Below are positions 31,269 through 40,734 of a DNA stretch of 64,000 bases, piece by piece. Position 1 is the first letter of the stretch, and each line of letters begins with the position of its first letter. The notes under the pieces were generated by a model. The model had not been told where the DNA came from. It ran no database searches and was given only the letters and a program-made list of their open reading frames with translations. The DNA lies in contig JBNRMN010000033.1 in NCBI GenBank assembly GCA_050309605.1, positions 1-64,000 on the forward strand, written 5' to 3'. Source of the stretch: Anaerohalosphaeraceae bacterium (GTDB lineage Bacteria; Planctomycetota; Phycisphaerae; Sedimentisphaerales; Anaerohalosphaeraceae). The position numbers were made by a program, and so were the translations under genes.

Positions 31269-31440
31269 CAGCCGAGCGGCGCTATTGTGCCGCGCCATTG
31301 CGTCATCGTACACCAGCCAAGCGGCGCAAGTGAGCCGGATAATACTACGCTCGAAAAGCGTTTGGCGTATCCGCATCGCTTATCGGGCCGCTCGCGCGGC
31401 CGCGCTGTTGTGCCGCGCTATTGTCTCGTGTCATTGCGCT
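31269..31440 (-). repeat. Diverged copy of the REPIN-like element at 16509-16739
   Basis: Reverse complement contains gcgcggccgcgcgagcggcccgataagcgatgcggat...gtattatccggctcacttgcgccgcttggctg, aligning with 16646-16739. Confidence 0.75.
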
Positions 31441-31441
31441 G

Positions 31442-33217
31442 TCACTCTTTTAGGACGTTGAGGTTTTCGTTTTTTTTCTTTGTTGCCGGTTTCAATGTCT
31501 CGGCGAACCCGCTAAACAGCGCCGTCGCACCCGTGCGCAGATTGCGCAGGCTGTAACCGCCTTCCTGCACGACCAGCGTCGGCAGATTCAAACCACCGAT
31601 AGCGCGGCCGATGTGTCTTTCCATTTGCCCGTTGAGGCCGAACGATCCGGTCGGGTCGCCTTTCATAATGTCAAATCCCACACACAGCACCAGAAACATC
31701 GGCGAAAATTTCCGCACACACGCCAGGGCCTTGTCCAGCGCCGCGGCGTACTCGGTCGGCCCGGCGTTTTCCGGCAGCGGATAGTTATGATTAAATCCCT
31801 TGCCTTCGCCGTCGCCTGTTTCGTCGGCAAACCCTGAAAAATAAGGATAGGCATAATTCGGATGTCCGTGAATCGACAGTGTCAGTACATCGCGGCGCGT
31901 GTAAAAAATATCCTGCGCTCCATTGCCGTGATGAAAGTCGATATCCAGAATCGCCACGGTTCCATGTCGGCTTAAAAACTGGGCGGCGATGGCGGCGTTA
32001 TTGAAATAGCAAAAACCGCCAAAGACCCGCCGCTCGGCGTGATGGCCCGGCGGCCGGCACAGCGCGTAGGCCAGGCGGCGTCCGCGCAGCACCTGTTCGG
32101 CGGCCGTCAGGGCCACGTCCACCGCCGCCTTGGCCGCATCAAAGGCGTTGCGATCCAGCGGGGTGAAGGTATCGATACAGTAATACCCCGCCCGAACCGC
32201 CAGGTCTTTGGGGCGTCGTTCGGGACGTCGAATCGGAAACACATACGGATACACCGGCCGTTTGCCGTGCAGTTTCTGGCAGACTGCTTTGAGATAATTG
32301 ACAAAATCCGTATCATGCACAGCGGCGATGTATTCCTGGCCGAAGTGCTTTACGCCGACCGCCTCAAACAGTCCCGTCGCTTCCAGCCCCTGACGAATCA
32401 CGCCCACCCGCGCCGGCCGTTCCACATAGCCGCGTTCGTGAACGTGATGAACCTGATGGGCGTCGCAACTGACCATCACAAACGCTTTTTCAAGCCGTTG
32501 GCTTTTATGATGGGCCGTCGCCGGCGTTTCGCTTTTGACATATTTCGGCGGTCGCAGCCGCACCGGATCGTCAATGACCGATTCGACGACGCGCTCAATA
32601 TAATCCGGCGAGACCAGATGACTGTATTTCTTGGTCAGGATCGTTCGCATGGCCGCTCGACATTGCGATCGGCTCAGCGGCGCATCACGATCCAGCCCGT
32701 CGTACAACAGATACGGCGCCGGCGACTCATCGATGGGCGTTTCATATTCGGTGCCGATAATCGGACGGGCGCCGTAACTTTCATAAAAGCGAAGACGCCG
32801 CTGATTTTCTTTGAGCAGGACCGGATCGCGGACGACCTTCGGATCATCCGGCAGGGCCTCCAGGTACAACCCGAGCGCCCCGGCCTGCCTGAGATAGTCG
32901 CGTGTGGCCTCATACAGTGCACTGCCGGCGCCGCCGCCGCGAATGTCCCGACGGACCGCCATAAAATCGAGCAGTCCGCTTCGAATCGTCGGAAAATACA
33001 GGGCCAGCGAAAATCCCGTTACATGTCCCAGCGAGGTTTCCGAGACCAGAAGTCCCGTTGTGTAACCGTACTGGATGGGATTGTCCAGCAGGCTGGGGAT
33101 TTTCTCGGCATAGTCGGCCACTGCCGCGAAATTCTGACGAAAGATCTCCTGCACCTGTGCGATGCGTTCCTTTTCAATCGGCAGTAAATGGCGATAGATG
33201 CGAACAATGCGAATCAT
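31442..33217 (-). CDS. Fusion of a GNAT acetyltransferase and a histone-deacetylase-family (acetylpolyamine amidohydrolase-like) domain
   Basis: N-term LDFMAV..RGGGAGSALY..RFYESYG; C-term ERPAR, RPPGHHA, GGFCYFNN, DIDFHHGNG, GFD..GDP, QEGGY. Confidence 0.85.
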   Translation of the reverse strand: MIRIVRIYRHLLPIEKERIAQVQEIFRQNFAAVADYAEKIPSLLDNPIQYGYTTGLLVSETSLGHVTGFSLALYFPTIRSGLLDFMAVRRDIRGGGAGSALYEATRDYLRQAGALGLYLEALPDDPKVVRDPVLLKENQRRLRFYESYGARPIIGTEYETPIDESPAPYLLYDGLDRDAPLSRSQCRAAMRTILTKKYSHLVSPDYIERVVESVIDDPVRLRPPKYVKSETPATAHHKSQRLEKAFVMVSCDAHQVHHVHERGYVERPARVGVIRQGLEATGLFEAVGVKHFGQEYIAAVHDTDFVNYLKAVCQKLHGKRPVYPYVFPIRRPERRPKDLAVRAGYYCIDTFTPLDRNAFDAAKAAVDVALTAAEQVLRGRRLAYALCRPPGHHAERRVFGGFCYFNNAAIAAQFLSRHGTVAILDIDFHHGNGAQDIFYTRRDVLTLSIHGHPNYAYPYFSGFADETGDGEGKGFNHNYPLPENAGPTEYAAALDKALACVRKFSPMFLVLCVGFDIMKGDPTGSFGLNGQMERHIGRAIGGLNLPTLVVQEGGYSLRNLRTGATALFSGFAETLKPATKKKNENLNVLKE

Positions 33218-33258
33218 CGTGCCCTCGTTTGGCTTCGGGTGGCCTTCAAAATCGGCAT

Positions 33259-34653
33259 TTATATATCGAACGGTAAACCGGTTCGTCCGCACGCGCCGTT
33301 GCGCGGGGCGATTTTTTCACGGCGTTTGATGCGGCCGTTGCGCGCCGGCAGTATGACGGATGCCTGACCGGCGGCCAATTCCCACACGCCCGGTTCGCCG
33401 GCGGGGGCGGCTGCGGACGGCTCGGCTTCAGCGCCGGGTTCGGGGTAATTGACCAGCAAGCCCTCATAATTGCGCAGCACCGTATGCGTACAACTGGACG
33501 AGACGACATACTGGGGCAATATCGGAATTTTGCCGCCGCCGTGCGGGGCATCGACCACGAACAGCGGAATCGCAATCCCGCTGACCCGACCGCGCAGATA
33601 TTCCATAATCTCCAACCCTTTGCGGATGGAGGTGCGGAAATGTTCCACGCCGCGCACCAGGTCGCATTGATACAGATAATACGGTCGTACGCGCATTTGA
33701 ATCAGGCCGCGGCATAACTGCTCAATGATCGGCGGGCTGTCGTTGACGCCGCGAAGCAATACAGTCTGATTGCCCAGCGGAATGCCCGCATCGGCCAGCG
33801 CGGCGCAGGCGGCTTTGGCCTGTTCGCTTAACTCGTTGGGATGATTAAAGTGCGTATTGATCCACAGCGGATGGTATTTTTTCAGCATGGCCGTCAGTGT
33901 CGGGGTAATCCGCATCGGCAGCACCACCGGCACGCGCGTCCCGATGCGAATGATCTGCACCGTCGGCACCGACCGCAAGGCACTGAGGACGGCCTCGAGA
34001 CCGGCGTCCGACATTGTCAGCGGGTCGCCGCCGGAGACAATCACATCGGAAATTTCCGGATGAGCGGTCAGGTATTCGACCACCTGCTGCAATCGACGCG
34101 ATGAAATCGAGCTTTCGCGTGTGCCGGCGATGCGCTTGCGCGTGCAGTGGCGGCAATACATCGAACACATCGTCGTGGCGATCAGCAGCGCCCGGTCGCG
34201 GTAACGGTGCACCAGCCCCGGCACAGGCATATCGTCGTGTTCTTCCAGCGGGTCGTCGCTCAGCGAGGGCGGATCGAACAACTCCTGCACATTCGGCACA
34301 CTCATCCGAAAGACCGGATCGGACATATCCGCCCGCTGAATCAGCGTCGCATAATACGGGGTAATCGCCATCGGATAGCGGGCGATGACCCTGGCCAATT
34401 CCGCTGAGGCGTTCAGCGACGGCACATAGGCGGCCAATTGCTCCAGCGTGCGGATGCGATGGCGCACCTGCCAGCGCCAATCGTTCCACGGGTGGGTGTG
34501 CAAGGTGTGTTGGTTCTCCCCCGACGGGCCGAATGTGCCCAGACGGCGGGTTGATTTGTCAGAGGGCGCACACGCGGCGACCCTCAACGTACTTGGAGGC
34601 TCGGAGGCCTGTTCTTCGGCGACGCCGTTCTCAACCCGTTCAAATTGCTGCAT
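33259..34653 (-). CDS. kamA: Lysine 2,3-aminomutase (KamA family radical SAM/PLP enzyme)
   Basis: HRYRDR, CSMYCRHCTR, SGGDPL, HFNHP, YYLYQCD, VDAPHGGGKIP; GAAAGGA RBS. Confidence 0.9.
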   Translation of the reverse strand: MQQFERVENGVAEEQASEPPSTLRVAACAPSDKSTRRLGTFGPSGENQHTLHTHPWNDWRWQVRHRIRTLEQLAAYVPSLNASAELARVIARYPMAITPYYATLIQRADMSDPVFRMSVPNVQELFDPPSLSDDPLEEHDDMPVPGLVHRYRDRALLIATTMCSMYCRHCTRKRIAGTRESSISSRRLQQVVEYLTAHPEISDVIVSGGDPLTMSDAGLEAVLSALRSVPTVQIIRIGTRVPVVLPMRITPTLTAMLKKYHPLWINTHFNHPNELSEQAKAACAALADAGIPLGNQTVLLRGVNDSPPIIEQLCRGLIQMRVRPYYLYQCDLVRGVEHFRTSIRKGLEIMEYLRGRVSGIAIPLFVVDAPHGGGKIPILPQYVVSSSCTHTVLRNYEGLLVNYPEPGAEAEPSAAAPAGEPGVWELAAGQASVILPARNGRIKRREKIAPRNGACGRTGLPFDI

Positions 34654-34718
34654 GGTCAGCATTCCTTTCAAAATGAAAAGAGGGTGTCCTTTCGTATCGT
34701 TTATTATTTTGGTCTGTC

Positions 34719-35396
34719 TTACTGCATTAAAAACATCGTCAGGCTTTTGACAAAACTCTGTCGCAGCGGCTTGATACTGTCGGCGATATCCTGCGGCTCC
34801 ATTCCGATCATGGCGAAGGAAAAGAATCCAAACACAAATCCGGCCACCGCACACGCCAGCCGGCGAATTCGCAGCCAATCCAGCTTCTTTTCGCCCAGAA
34901 ACGGCGTCAACTGACGTTCAATCTCTTCCAGATACCGCGAGAACGGCGCCTCGATCCGGTCGGTGGCCTGACGTTCGAGCTTGAGCAGCAAACGCCCCTG
35001 AAACAGCAGGATAAATTCATCCTGATGATGTCGAAAAAACGCATAATGGGCATTCAAAAAATGCTCCAGCACCTCTTGCAGCGTCGTGGTCGGCTGCGGG
35101 TCACATTCGCGCAGCGTCCCGATTAAATGGTCAATGGCCTGCTCAACCAGTACACCGGCAATATCGTATTTGTCGGTAAAATGCCGATAAAACGTCCCTT
35201 TTCCAAGATCCGCCCGTTCGGTAATCATATCAATTGTGGACGCATCGACGCCGCATTCGCTGAAGATCTCCAGTGCGGCGGTCAGCAGCTTCTTTCGGGT
35301 CTTTGCGGCCCGCTTTTCAGTACGACTGGGCGGGATTGCCGGATTATTGACCGGCACATCGGGACGTTCAATTCGCTTTTGGCCAGTGGTTTCCAT
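34719..35396 (-). CDS. TetR/AcrR-family transcriptional regulator
   Basis: LLTAALEIF..IDMITERADLGKGTFYRHFTDK. Confidence 0.92.
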   Translation of the reverse strand: METTGQKRIERPDVPVNNPAIPPSRTEKRAAKTRKKLLTAALEIFSECGVDASTIDMITERADLGKGTFYRHFTDKYDIAGVLVEQAIDHLIGTLRECDPQPTTTLQEVLEHFLNAHYAFFRHHQDEFILLFQGRLLLKLERQATDRIEAPFSRYLEEIERQLTPFLGEKKLDWLRIRRLACAVAGFVFGFFSFAMIGMEPQDIADSIKPLRQSFVKSLTMFLMQ

Positions 35397-35399
35397 AAC

Positions 35400-35431
35400 T
35401 GACTATTTAGTCATTTATGACCAATTAGTCA
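35400..35431. promoter_or_regulatory. Tandem palindromic operators, probably for the adjacent TetR
   Basis: TGACTATTTAGTCA (35400-35413) and TGACCAATTAGTCA (35418-35431) immediately upstream of the tetR ATG. Confidence 0.7.
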
Positions 35432-35515
35432 ATATATTTTCGGCAAATTTTTTCAAAAGTTCACAATAATTTTCAATTTTTGACGAATTTGTTGTGTTTT
35501 CGAGAAAATCCCGGC

Positions 35516-36514
35516 CTACCACTGTCCGGGCGAGAGGCTGTCTGACAGCGGGGCGTTCCACCAGTCCGGATCGCGGAGATAGTGTTTCATCCACATCGCC
35601 GCGTTGACGCCGTCGGCTACTGCGGTAACCAGCTGCATCGCCGCACCGATGCGGCAGTCGCCGGCTACGAACACGCCGGGCACGTTGGTACGCAAATAGG
35701 CCGTGTCGCACTTGATGAAGCCGGCCTCCGTTAAGTCGATAAACCCCTTCAGGAAATCGGTGTTGGGGACCATCCCCACAAAGATGAACACCCCGTCGCA
35801 GGAGATCGTTTCGGTTTGGTCGGCTTTGACGTTTTTGATGACGGCTCGTTCGACGTGGTCTTTGCCCTCGATGGCGGTCAGCGTCGCGTCCAGACGCAGC
35901 TCGATGTTGGAGCCTTCGGCGTTGACCTTTTGCATCAATTCTTCGACCAGGACCTGTGTGGCGCGAAATTGCTGACGCCGATGCACCATAATGACCTTTT
36001 TGGCGTATTTAGCCAGGTGCAGGGTGTCCTCGACGGCTGTATTGCCGCCGCCGACTGAGACGACCGTTTTGTCCTTGAAAAACGGCGCATCGCAGGTGCC
36101 GCAGTAGCTCACGCCCGCGCCGGCCTGGCGAAACTCTTGCTCTCCGGGCACACCCAAATGGCGGTATGAGCTGCCGGGGGCCAGGATCACCACCCGTCCG
36201 AGATAGATTTCATCGTCCGTGCGGACTTCGATGCGTCCGTCGTCGCGCCGCGTCAGGCCGGAAACCTCGGCGCTGGTTTTGACCTCGCCGCCGAAGGCCT
36301 GGACCTGTTCGAGCATCTTCATCACCAAATCCGGCCCGCCGATCTTGGCATAGCCGGGGTAATTCTCGATGCGGTCGGTGGTGTTGATTTGTCCGCCGGG
36401 GTAAAACTTTTCCAGCAGAATGGTTTTGGCTCGGTCGCGTGCGGCGTACAATCCGCCGCCCAGCCCGGCCGGGCCGGCCCCGACGATGATGCAGTCATAT
36501 TCTTTGTGTGCCAT
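35516..36514 (-). CDS. trxB: Thioredoxin reductase
   Basis: GAGPAG, IENYPG, GVSYCGTCD, GGGNTA, HRR, GVFVAGD. Confidence 0.9.
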   Translation of the reverse strand: MAHKEYDCIIVGAGPAGLGGGLYAARDRAKTILLEKFYPGGQINTTDRIENYPGYAKIGGPDLVMKMLEQVQAFGGEVKTSAEVSGLTRRDDGRIEVRTDDEIYLGRVVILAPGSSYRHLGVPGEQEFRQAGAGVSYCGTCDAPFFKDKTVVSVGGGNTAVEDTLHLAKYAKKVIMVHRRQQFRATQVLVEELMQKVNAEGSNIELRLDATLTAIEGKDHVERAVIKNVKADQTETISCDGVFIFVGMVPNTDFLKGFIDLTEAGFIKCDTAYLRTNVPGVFVAGDCRIGAAMQLVTAVADGVNAAMWMKHYLRDPDWWNAPLSDSLSPGQW

Positions 36515-36561
36515 TGGTGTCCCTTTCGGTTCATTCGCAAAGGCGTTGCGCCCGTGGTCGA

Positions 36562-37890
36562 TTATTGGAAATTTCGTCGCGATGACTGTTCGTAACGTTC
36601 CCCGAAAGTGTTTTTCAACTGTTCGGCCTCGGCCTGTTCCCACAGCCGGGCGGGCTGCTGGGGCACTTGTTCGAAGCGGCCGATATACCGGCCCTGCCGG
36701 TCAAAAATCAATTCATCAAACGACCCGTCCATATGCAGATAGTCAGCCCGGACGACCGTAATTTGATTCGAGGCGCGGACATGACTTTGTTCCGTATCGA
36801 TAACCGCCAGCCGTGTCGGCACGACAAATCCACTGCCGGTCAATACATCAATGATGATTTCAGCGGTGTCGGTGTGCACCACACCGGCGACAAAGGCCGG
36901 CAGCAGCGGCTCAGGCAGCATCATGGCAGTGCGCTGAAGCGCGCGCTCGCGCTCGGTGTTGGTCGTCAGCGTAATCCGCTGTCGGGTACTGGCTCGCAGT
37001 TCAGCCAGCCTCGGCCGTCGGGAACGCGGCGGCCAAGTCTGTGTCGTCCAGGTGAATGTATCCTCTTCGGCGTCCAGCCACAAATCCGACTCGCTGTATG
37101 CGCCGCCAGGCTCCAGATACCGCGTGGTGATGCGATAGTGTCCGTCGGTCTGCTCGTCGTCGTGGTGCGAAAAGAAGCGGTGCTCGATAAAACCCAGCGG
37201 CCTGTCGGCGGTGTCTTTGATCATCAGCCGCATTTCCTGCGGGGCGCTGGCATCGAACAGGTCGGCGGTGTGCCGGTCAAAGGCCTCGTTAAATCGTCCA
37301 ACGGCCTGGGCGCCCGCCTGCAAAGCTGCCGCGCGTTCATACTGCACGCCGGCTGCCAGAGTCCGAAAGACGTTTTCGGCGAACCATCCGTCGCTGCGAT
37401 AGGAGATCAGCAGTTCCAGTTGCCGTCCGAAGTCCAGCGGGGCCACCCCGACCAGATAATCCTGGCCTGTCGGGTCCGGCGTATAGATGCGTCCTGCGAC
37501 CATCGCAATCGGCCCTTCGATCCGGCCGAGCGGAATCAGTCTGCCGCCGGCGCTGTCGGCGCGCGACTGGAGAAGCTGCTCCGGATCGGTCGGTTCATCG
37601 CACAGGGCATAGCGCCAGCGGATATGCATGACCGGACGACCGCCGATGCGCATCAGACTCAACAGGACGAAGGCGTTGTCGCTTTCGAAGCGCCAGCCGC
37701 CGGCCGATTGCCATTGGTCGCCCTGCGGAATCGCCGCCGCCAGGCCGGCGCCCGGCAGCGAGACCGGGTCGCTCAGCGCCACTCGACCCCGCGCCTGAAC
37801 CACCAGCAGCGACAGCCCCAGCCCCAGCGCAAAAATCGCCAGCAGTACCACCTCCACCGCCGAATATCGTTTTAAGACGTCTGTGTCCAT
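36562..37890 (-). CDS. Hypothetical membrane-anchored protein
   Basis: Long ORF with host-like codon usage and one N-terminal TM; same strand as flanking genes. Confidence 0.7.
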   Translation of the reverse strand: MDTDVLKRYSAVEVVLLAIFALGLGLSLLVVQARGRVALSDPVSLPGAGLAAAIPQGDQWQSAGGWRFESDNAFVLLSLMRIGGRPVMHIRWRYALCDEPTDPEQLLQSRADSAGGRLIPLGRIEGPIAMVAGRIYTPDPTGQDYLVGVAPLDFGRQLELLISYRSDGWFAENVFRTLAAGVQYERAAALQAGAQAVGRFNEAFDRHTADLFDASAPQEMRLMIKDTADRPLGFIEHRFFSHHDDEQTDGHYRITTRYLEPGGAYSESDLWLDAEEDTFTWTTQTWPPRSRRPRLAELRASTRQRITLTTNTERERALQRTAMMLPEPLLPAFVAGVVHTDTAEIIIDVLTGSGFVVPTRLAVIDTEQSHVRASNQITVVRADYLHMDGSFDELIFDRQGRYIGRFEQVPQQPARLWEQAEAEQLKNTFGERYEQSSRRNFQ

Positions 37891-38029
37891 TCTCTCACCT
37901 TGGCCGCACAAAACCGACGGCCGGTCAATTTGTCAGAAAAATCCATACTCATACCTGTGAAACAATCAACTCATATAAGCCGACTGAATCAATGGCATCT
38001 ACTGTTTCGAAATAAGTTCAACGCTCAAA

Positions 38030-38158
38030 AGGTTGGTCAATCCAATAAAGGTATATTGTTTAAGAAACGACATCGACCCACTTTATTTGAATAATATCTG
38101 TTTTTTCAATTCACTGGCAACATTGTCACCTTATAATAAATATTTGATTTCTGGTCAT
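38030..38158 (-). pseudogene. Possible decayed N-terminus of a DNA methyltransferase
   Basis: ATG overlaps the upstream stop (ATGA); fragments MTRNQI / GDNVA..LKK / SNK..VDVV in different frames. Confidence 0.3.
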
Positions 38159-38889
38159 AGCAAGGCTTTGACTTTAACATAGCTCAGCAATTTTTGATAG
38201 TAATCACGAATAGACTCAAAAGATTTAAATTCACAGCGAGAAGCAATGTTTTCAAAAGTCCTCTTCCGAATTTCTCTTTCGTACTGTTGTTGTTTAATCT
38301 GTGGAGCTACTACAATAAATTTAGCATGAAAATCTTGTAATTCAGAAAATTTAATAAAGGCATTTCTAAAATTTGTTGAACTCTCAACTTCAAATAATCT
38401 CGCAGGGAAAGCCCTTTGATTGAACCAAATCACATCAATATATCTTGCTGTTTCATTAATGATGTGCTTGTATGTAAAGGCAGGGCAGATCTTTATGCTT
38501 GATATAGAACCAAGAGGCTTTCCATTGAATGTTTTCGTTTTGTCAGGGGTGTAAGTACCATACTCTTTGGCTTCTCCAATCTCCAATAAAATACTTTGTA
38601 TTTCGGTATGTACGTATTCTTTGGTTTCTTTTTGGGGTTCTCTTTGGCTGGCCCTGTCAATTTTGTCTAAATAGGTGGTTAAGGCGTATAAACCTAACCC
38701 TATTCTTGAAAATGTCGGGTCTCTTTGTACCCTTTCCTGTATGGTCTTGAAAGGTGTTTTGCCGGTTAATTTGCGATATTTTGATATTTCTTTGTATATA
38801 TATTGCAGCGAAGCCATATAGTTATTATTCAACATGACTTTCTCGATCGCTTTACTGTATGTAATCTTTTTATCTTTGCTGGATGTCAT
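38155..38889 (-). CDS. Winged-helix (HARE-HTH-like) + PD-(D/E)XK nuclease-like protein
   Basis: GKTPFKTIQERVQ..FSRIGLGLYAL; HTEIQ, IDVIW, FEVESST; AT-rich. Confidence 0.65.
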   Translation of the reverse strand: MTSSKDKKITYSKAIEKVMLNNNYMASLQYIYKEISKYRKLTGKTPFKTIQERVQRDPTFSRIGLGLYALTTYLDKIDRASQREPQKETKEYVHTEIQSILLEIGEAKEYGTYTPDKTKTFNGKPLGSISSIKICPAFTYKHIINETARYIDVIWFNQRAFPARLFEVESSTNFRNAFIKFSELQDFHAKFIVVAPQIKQQQYEREIRKRTFENIASRCEFKSFESIRDYYQKLLSYVKVKALL

Positions 38890-39064
38890 TTGATCTCGCT
38901 TCTGTAACATGGTAATCTATAACTTCTAAATAAGGAGATTGCCCATCAGTAATTGCAATCTCGTTTTCCATATCAAACAAAGAAATTACCAATCTTTTTT
39001 CCAGCTCGGTTTCTGATAAAGCAGATCGAACTTCTGCAAATATTGTAACTTGATATTCAGCCAT
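38870..39064 (-). CDS. Small hypothetical protein
   Basis: 64-aa AT-rich ORF downstream of guaB, overlapping the start of the next gene. Confidence 0.5.
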   Translation of the reverse strand: MAEYQVTIFAEVRSALSETELEKRLVISLFDMENEIAITDGQSPYLEVIDYHVTEARSNDIQQR

Positions 39065-39110
39065 ATATACTGCCCTGCGTCATCATCAACTATACTAATA
39101 AACTCATATT

Positions 39111-40583
39111 TTACTCAATCGTTTCGGGTCCGGTGTAGTTTGGCGATTCTTTTGTGATGAGGATGTCGTGTGGGTGGGATTCGCTGACGCCTGCGGGGCT
39201 GACGCGGACGAATCGCGCATTTTTTCGCAGTTCGTCGATGGTGCGTGTGCCGCAGTATCCCATTCCCGCTCGGAGGCCGCCGACCAGTTGATAGACGTAC
39301 TGGCTAAGTGTGCCGCGATAGGGCACTCGGCCTTCGACGCCTTCGGGCACGAGTTTGTCGCGCTGGGCGGCGGAGTCCTGTCCGTAGCGGTCGGCCGATC
39401 CCTGGATCATCGCGCCGATGGATCCCATGCCGCGGTATTCCTTGAACTGCCGTCCGCGGTAGATGACAAGCTGTCCGGGACTTTCGGCCAGTCCGGCAAA
39501 CAATGAACCGAGCATGACCGAGGACGCCCCGGCGGCAATCGCCTTGGTCATATCGCCGCTCATCCGCACGCCTCCGTCGGCGATGACCGGTACGCCGTGC
39601 TTGTCGCCGACGGCGGCACACTCCATAATCGCGGAAATCTGCGGCACGCCCACGCCCGAAATGACGCGGGTCGTGCAGATGGCGCCCGGGCCGATGCCGA
39701 TCTTGATTGCATCGGCGCCGGCGGCGATGAGGTCTTCGGCCGCGTCGGCGGTGGCGATATTGCCTGCGATAACGTCAATGTCAAAATTCTCTTTGATCCA
39801 CGCGGCCATCTCCAGCACGTTTTTCGAGTGGCCGTGGGCGGTATCGACGACGATCACATCCACTTCCGCGTCGATCAGTGCCCTGACGCGGTCGCGGTCT
39901 TTGACGCCGACGGCCGCACCGACCCGCAATCGTCCGCGATGATCGCGCACCGCATAGGGAAACTGCTGCACGCGGTCGATGTCCCGCATCGTGATCAGCC
40001 CGGCCAGTTCGCCTTTGTCGTTGACCAGCAGCAGTTTTTCGACGCGGTGTTTTTGCAGGATGTCCTTGGCCTGTTCGAGTGTCGTGCCGGCCGGGCCGGT
40101 AACGAGATTGGTTTGGGTCATTACCTCTCGGATTTGAACGGATTCATCGGTCAGAAACTTCAGATCCCGCCGGGTCAGAATGCCGACCAATTGGGAGCCT
40201 TCGACGATGGGGATGCCGGAGACGTTCTGCTCGTTCATTAACTGAAGGGCGGCTGAGACCGGCAATTCCGGATGTAGTGTGACCGGATCCAGGATCACCC
40301 CGTTCTCGGAGCGTTTGACCTTGGTTACCTCTCGCTGTTGGGCCTCGATGGTCAGGTTCTTGTGGATGATGCCGATGCCGCCTTCCTGAGCGAGGGCGAT
40401 CGCCAGGGCCGCTTCGGTAACGGTATCCATCGCCGCCGAGACCAGCGGGATGTTAATCGTTACGTTGCGGGTCAGTCGGGTTCGGGTATCGGCCTGAGCC
40501 GGCACAAAATCGCTTCGCGCCGGCAGCAGCAGCACATCATCAAAGGTGATTCCTTCGCCGATTATTTTGAGGCTATTGAGCAT
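39111..40583 (-). CDS. guaB: IMP dehydrogenase
   Basis: [18 protein letters not shown] pair, [30 protein letters not shown]. Confidence 0.98.
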   Translation of the reverse strand: MLNSLKIIGEGITFDDVLLLPARSDFVPAQADTRTRLTRNVTINIPLVSAAMDTVTEAALAIALAQEGGIGIIHKNLTIEAQQREVTKVKRSENGVILDPVTLHPELPVSAALQLMNEQNVSGIPIVEGSQLVGILTRRDLKFLTDESVQIREVMTQTNLVTGPAGTTLEQAKDILQKHRVEKLLLVNDKGELAGLITMRDIDRVQQFPYAVRDHRGRLRVGAAVGVKDRDRVRALIDAEVDVIVVDTAHGHSKNVLEMAAWIKENFDIDVIAGNIATADAAEDLIAAGADAIKIGIGPGAICTTRVISGVGVPQISAIMECAAVGDKHGVPVIADGGVRMSGDMTKAIAAGASSVMLGSLFAGLAESPGQLVIYRGRQFKEYRGMGSIGAMIQGSADRYGQDSAAQRDKLVPEGVEGRVPYRGTLSQYVYQLVGGLRAGMGYCGTRTIDELRKNARFVRVSPAGVSESHPHDILITKESPNYTGPETIE

Positions 40584-40705
40584 AGGGTTTCTCCAACAAA
40601 CGGTCGTCAAATCCAGTAAAACTCGAAGTATATTGAGCCACCGCCGCTGCGTCAAAGAAAATCCGCATCCGCAGCCGTCACTGAAGCCGCGGCGCAACAA
40701 TTGAC

Positions 40706-40734
40706 TTGACAGATGCGAGTATCTGCCTTTTAAT
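40706..40734 (+). promoter_or_regulatory. Sigma70-type promoter for the GT9 gene
   Basis: TTGACA-17 nt-TTTAAT; a short inverted repeat (cagat..atctg) overlaps the spacer. Confidence 0.5.

Noticed and set aside
33259..34653. EF-P modification enzyme EpmB or glutamate 2,3-aminomutase
   Set aside because: YQCD and DAPxGGGK motifs match lysine 2,3-aminomutase; no efp or epmA adjacent.
36667..37875. 402-aa + strand ORF
   Set aside because: Shadow of the minus-strand ORF, which has the RBS, TM segment and operon context.
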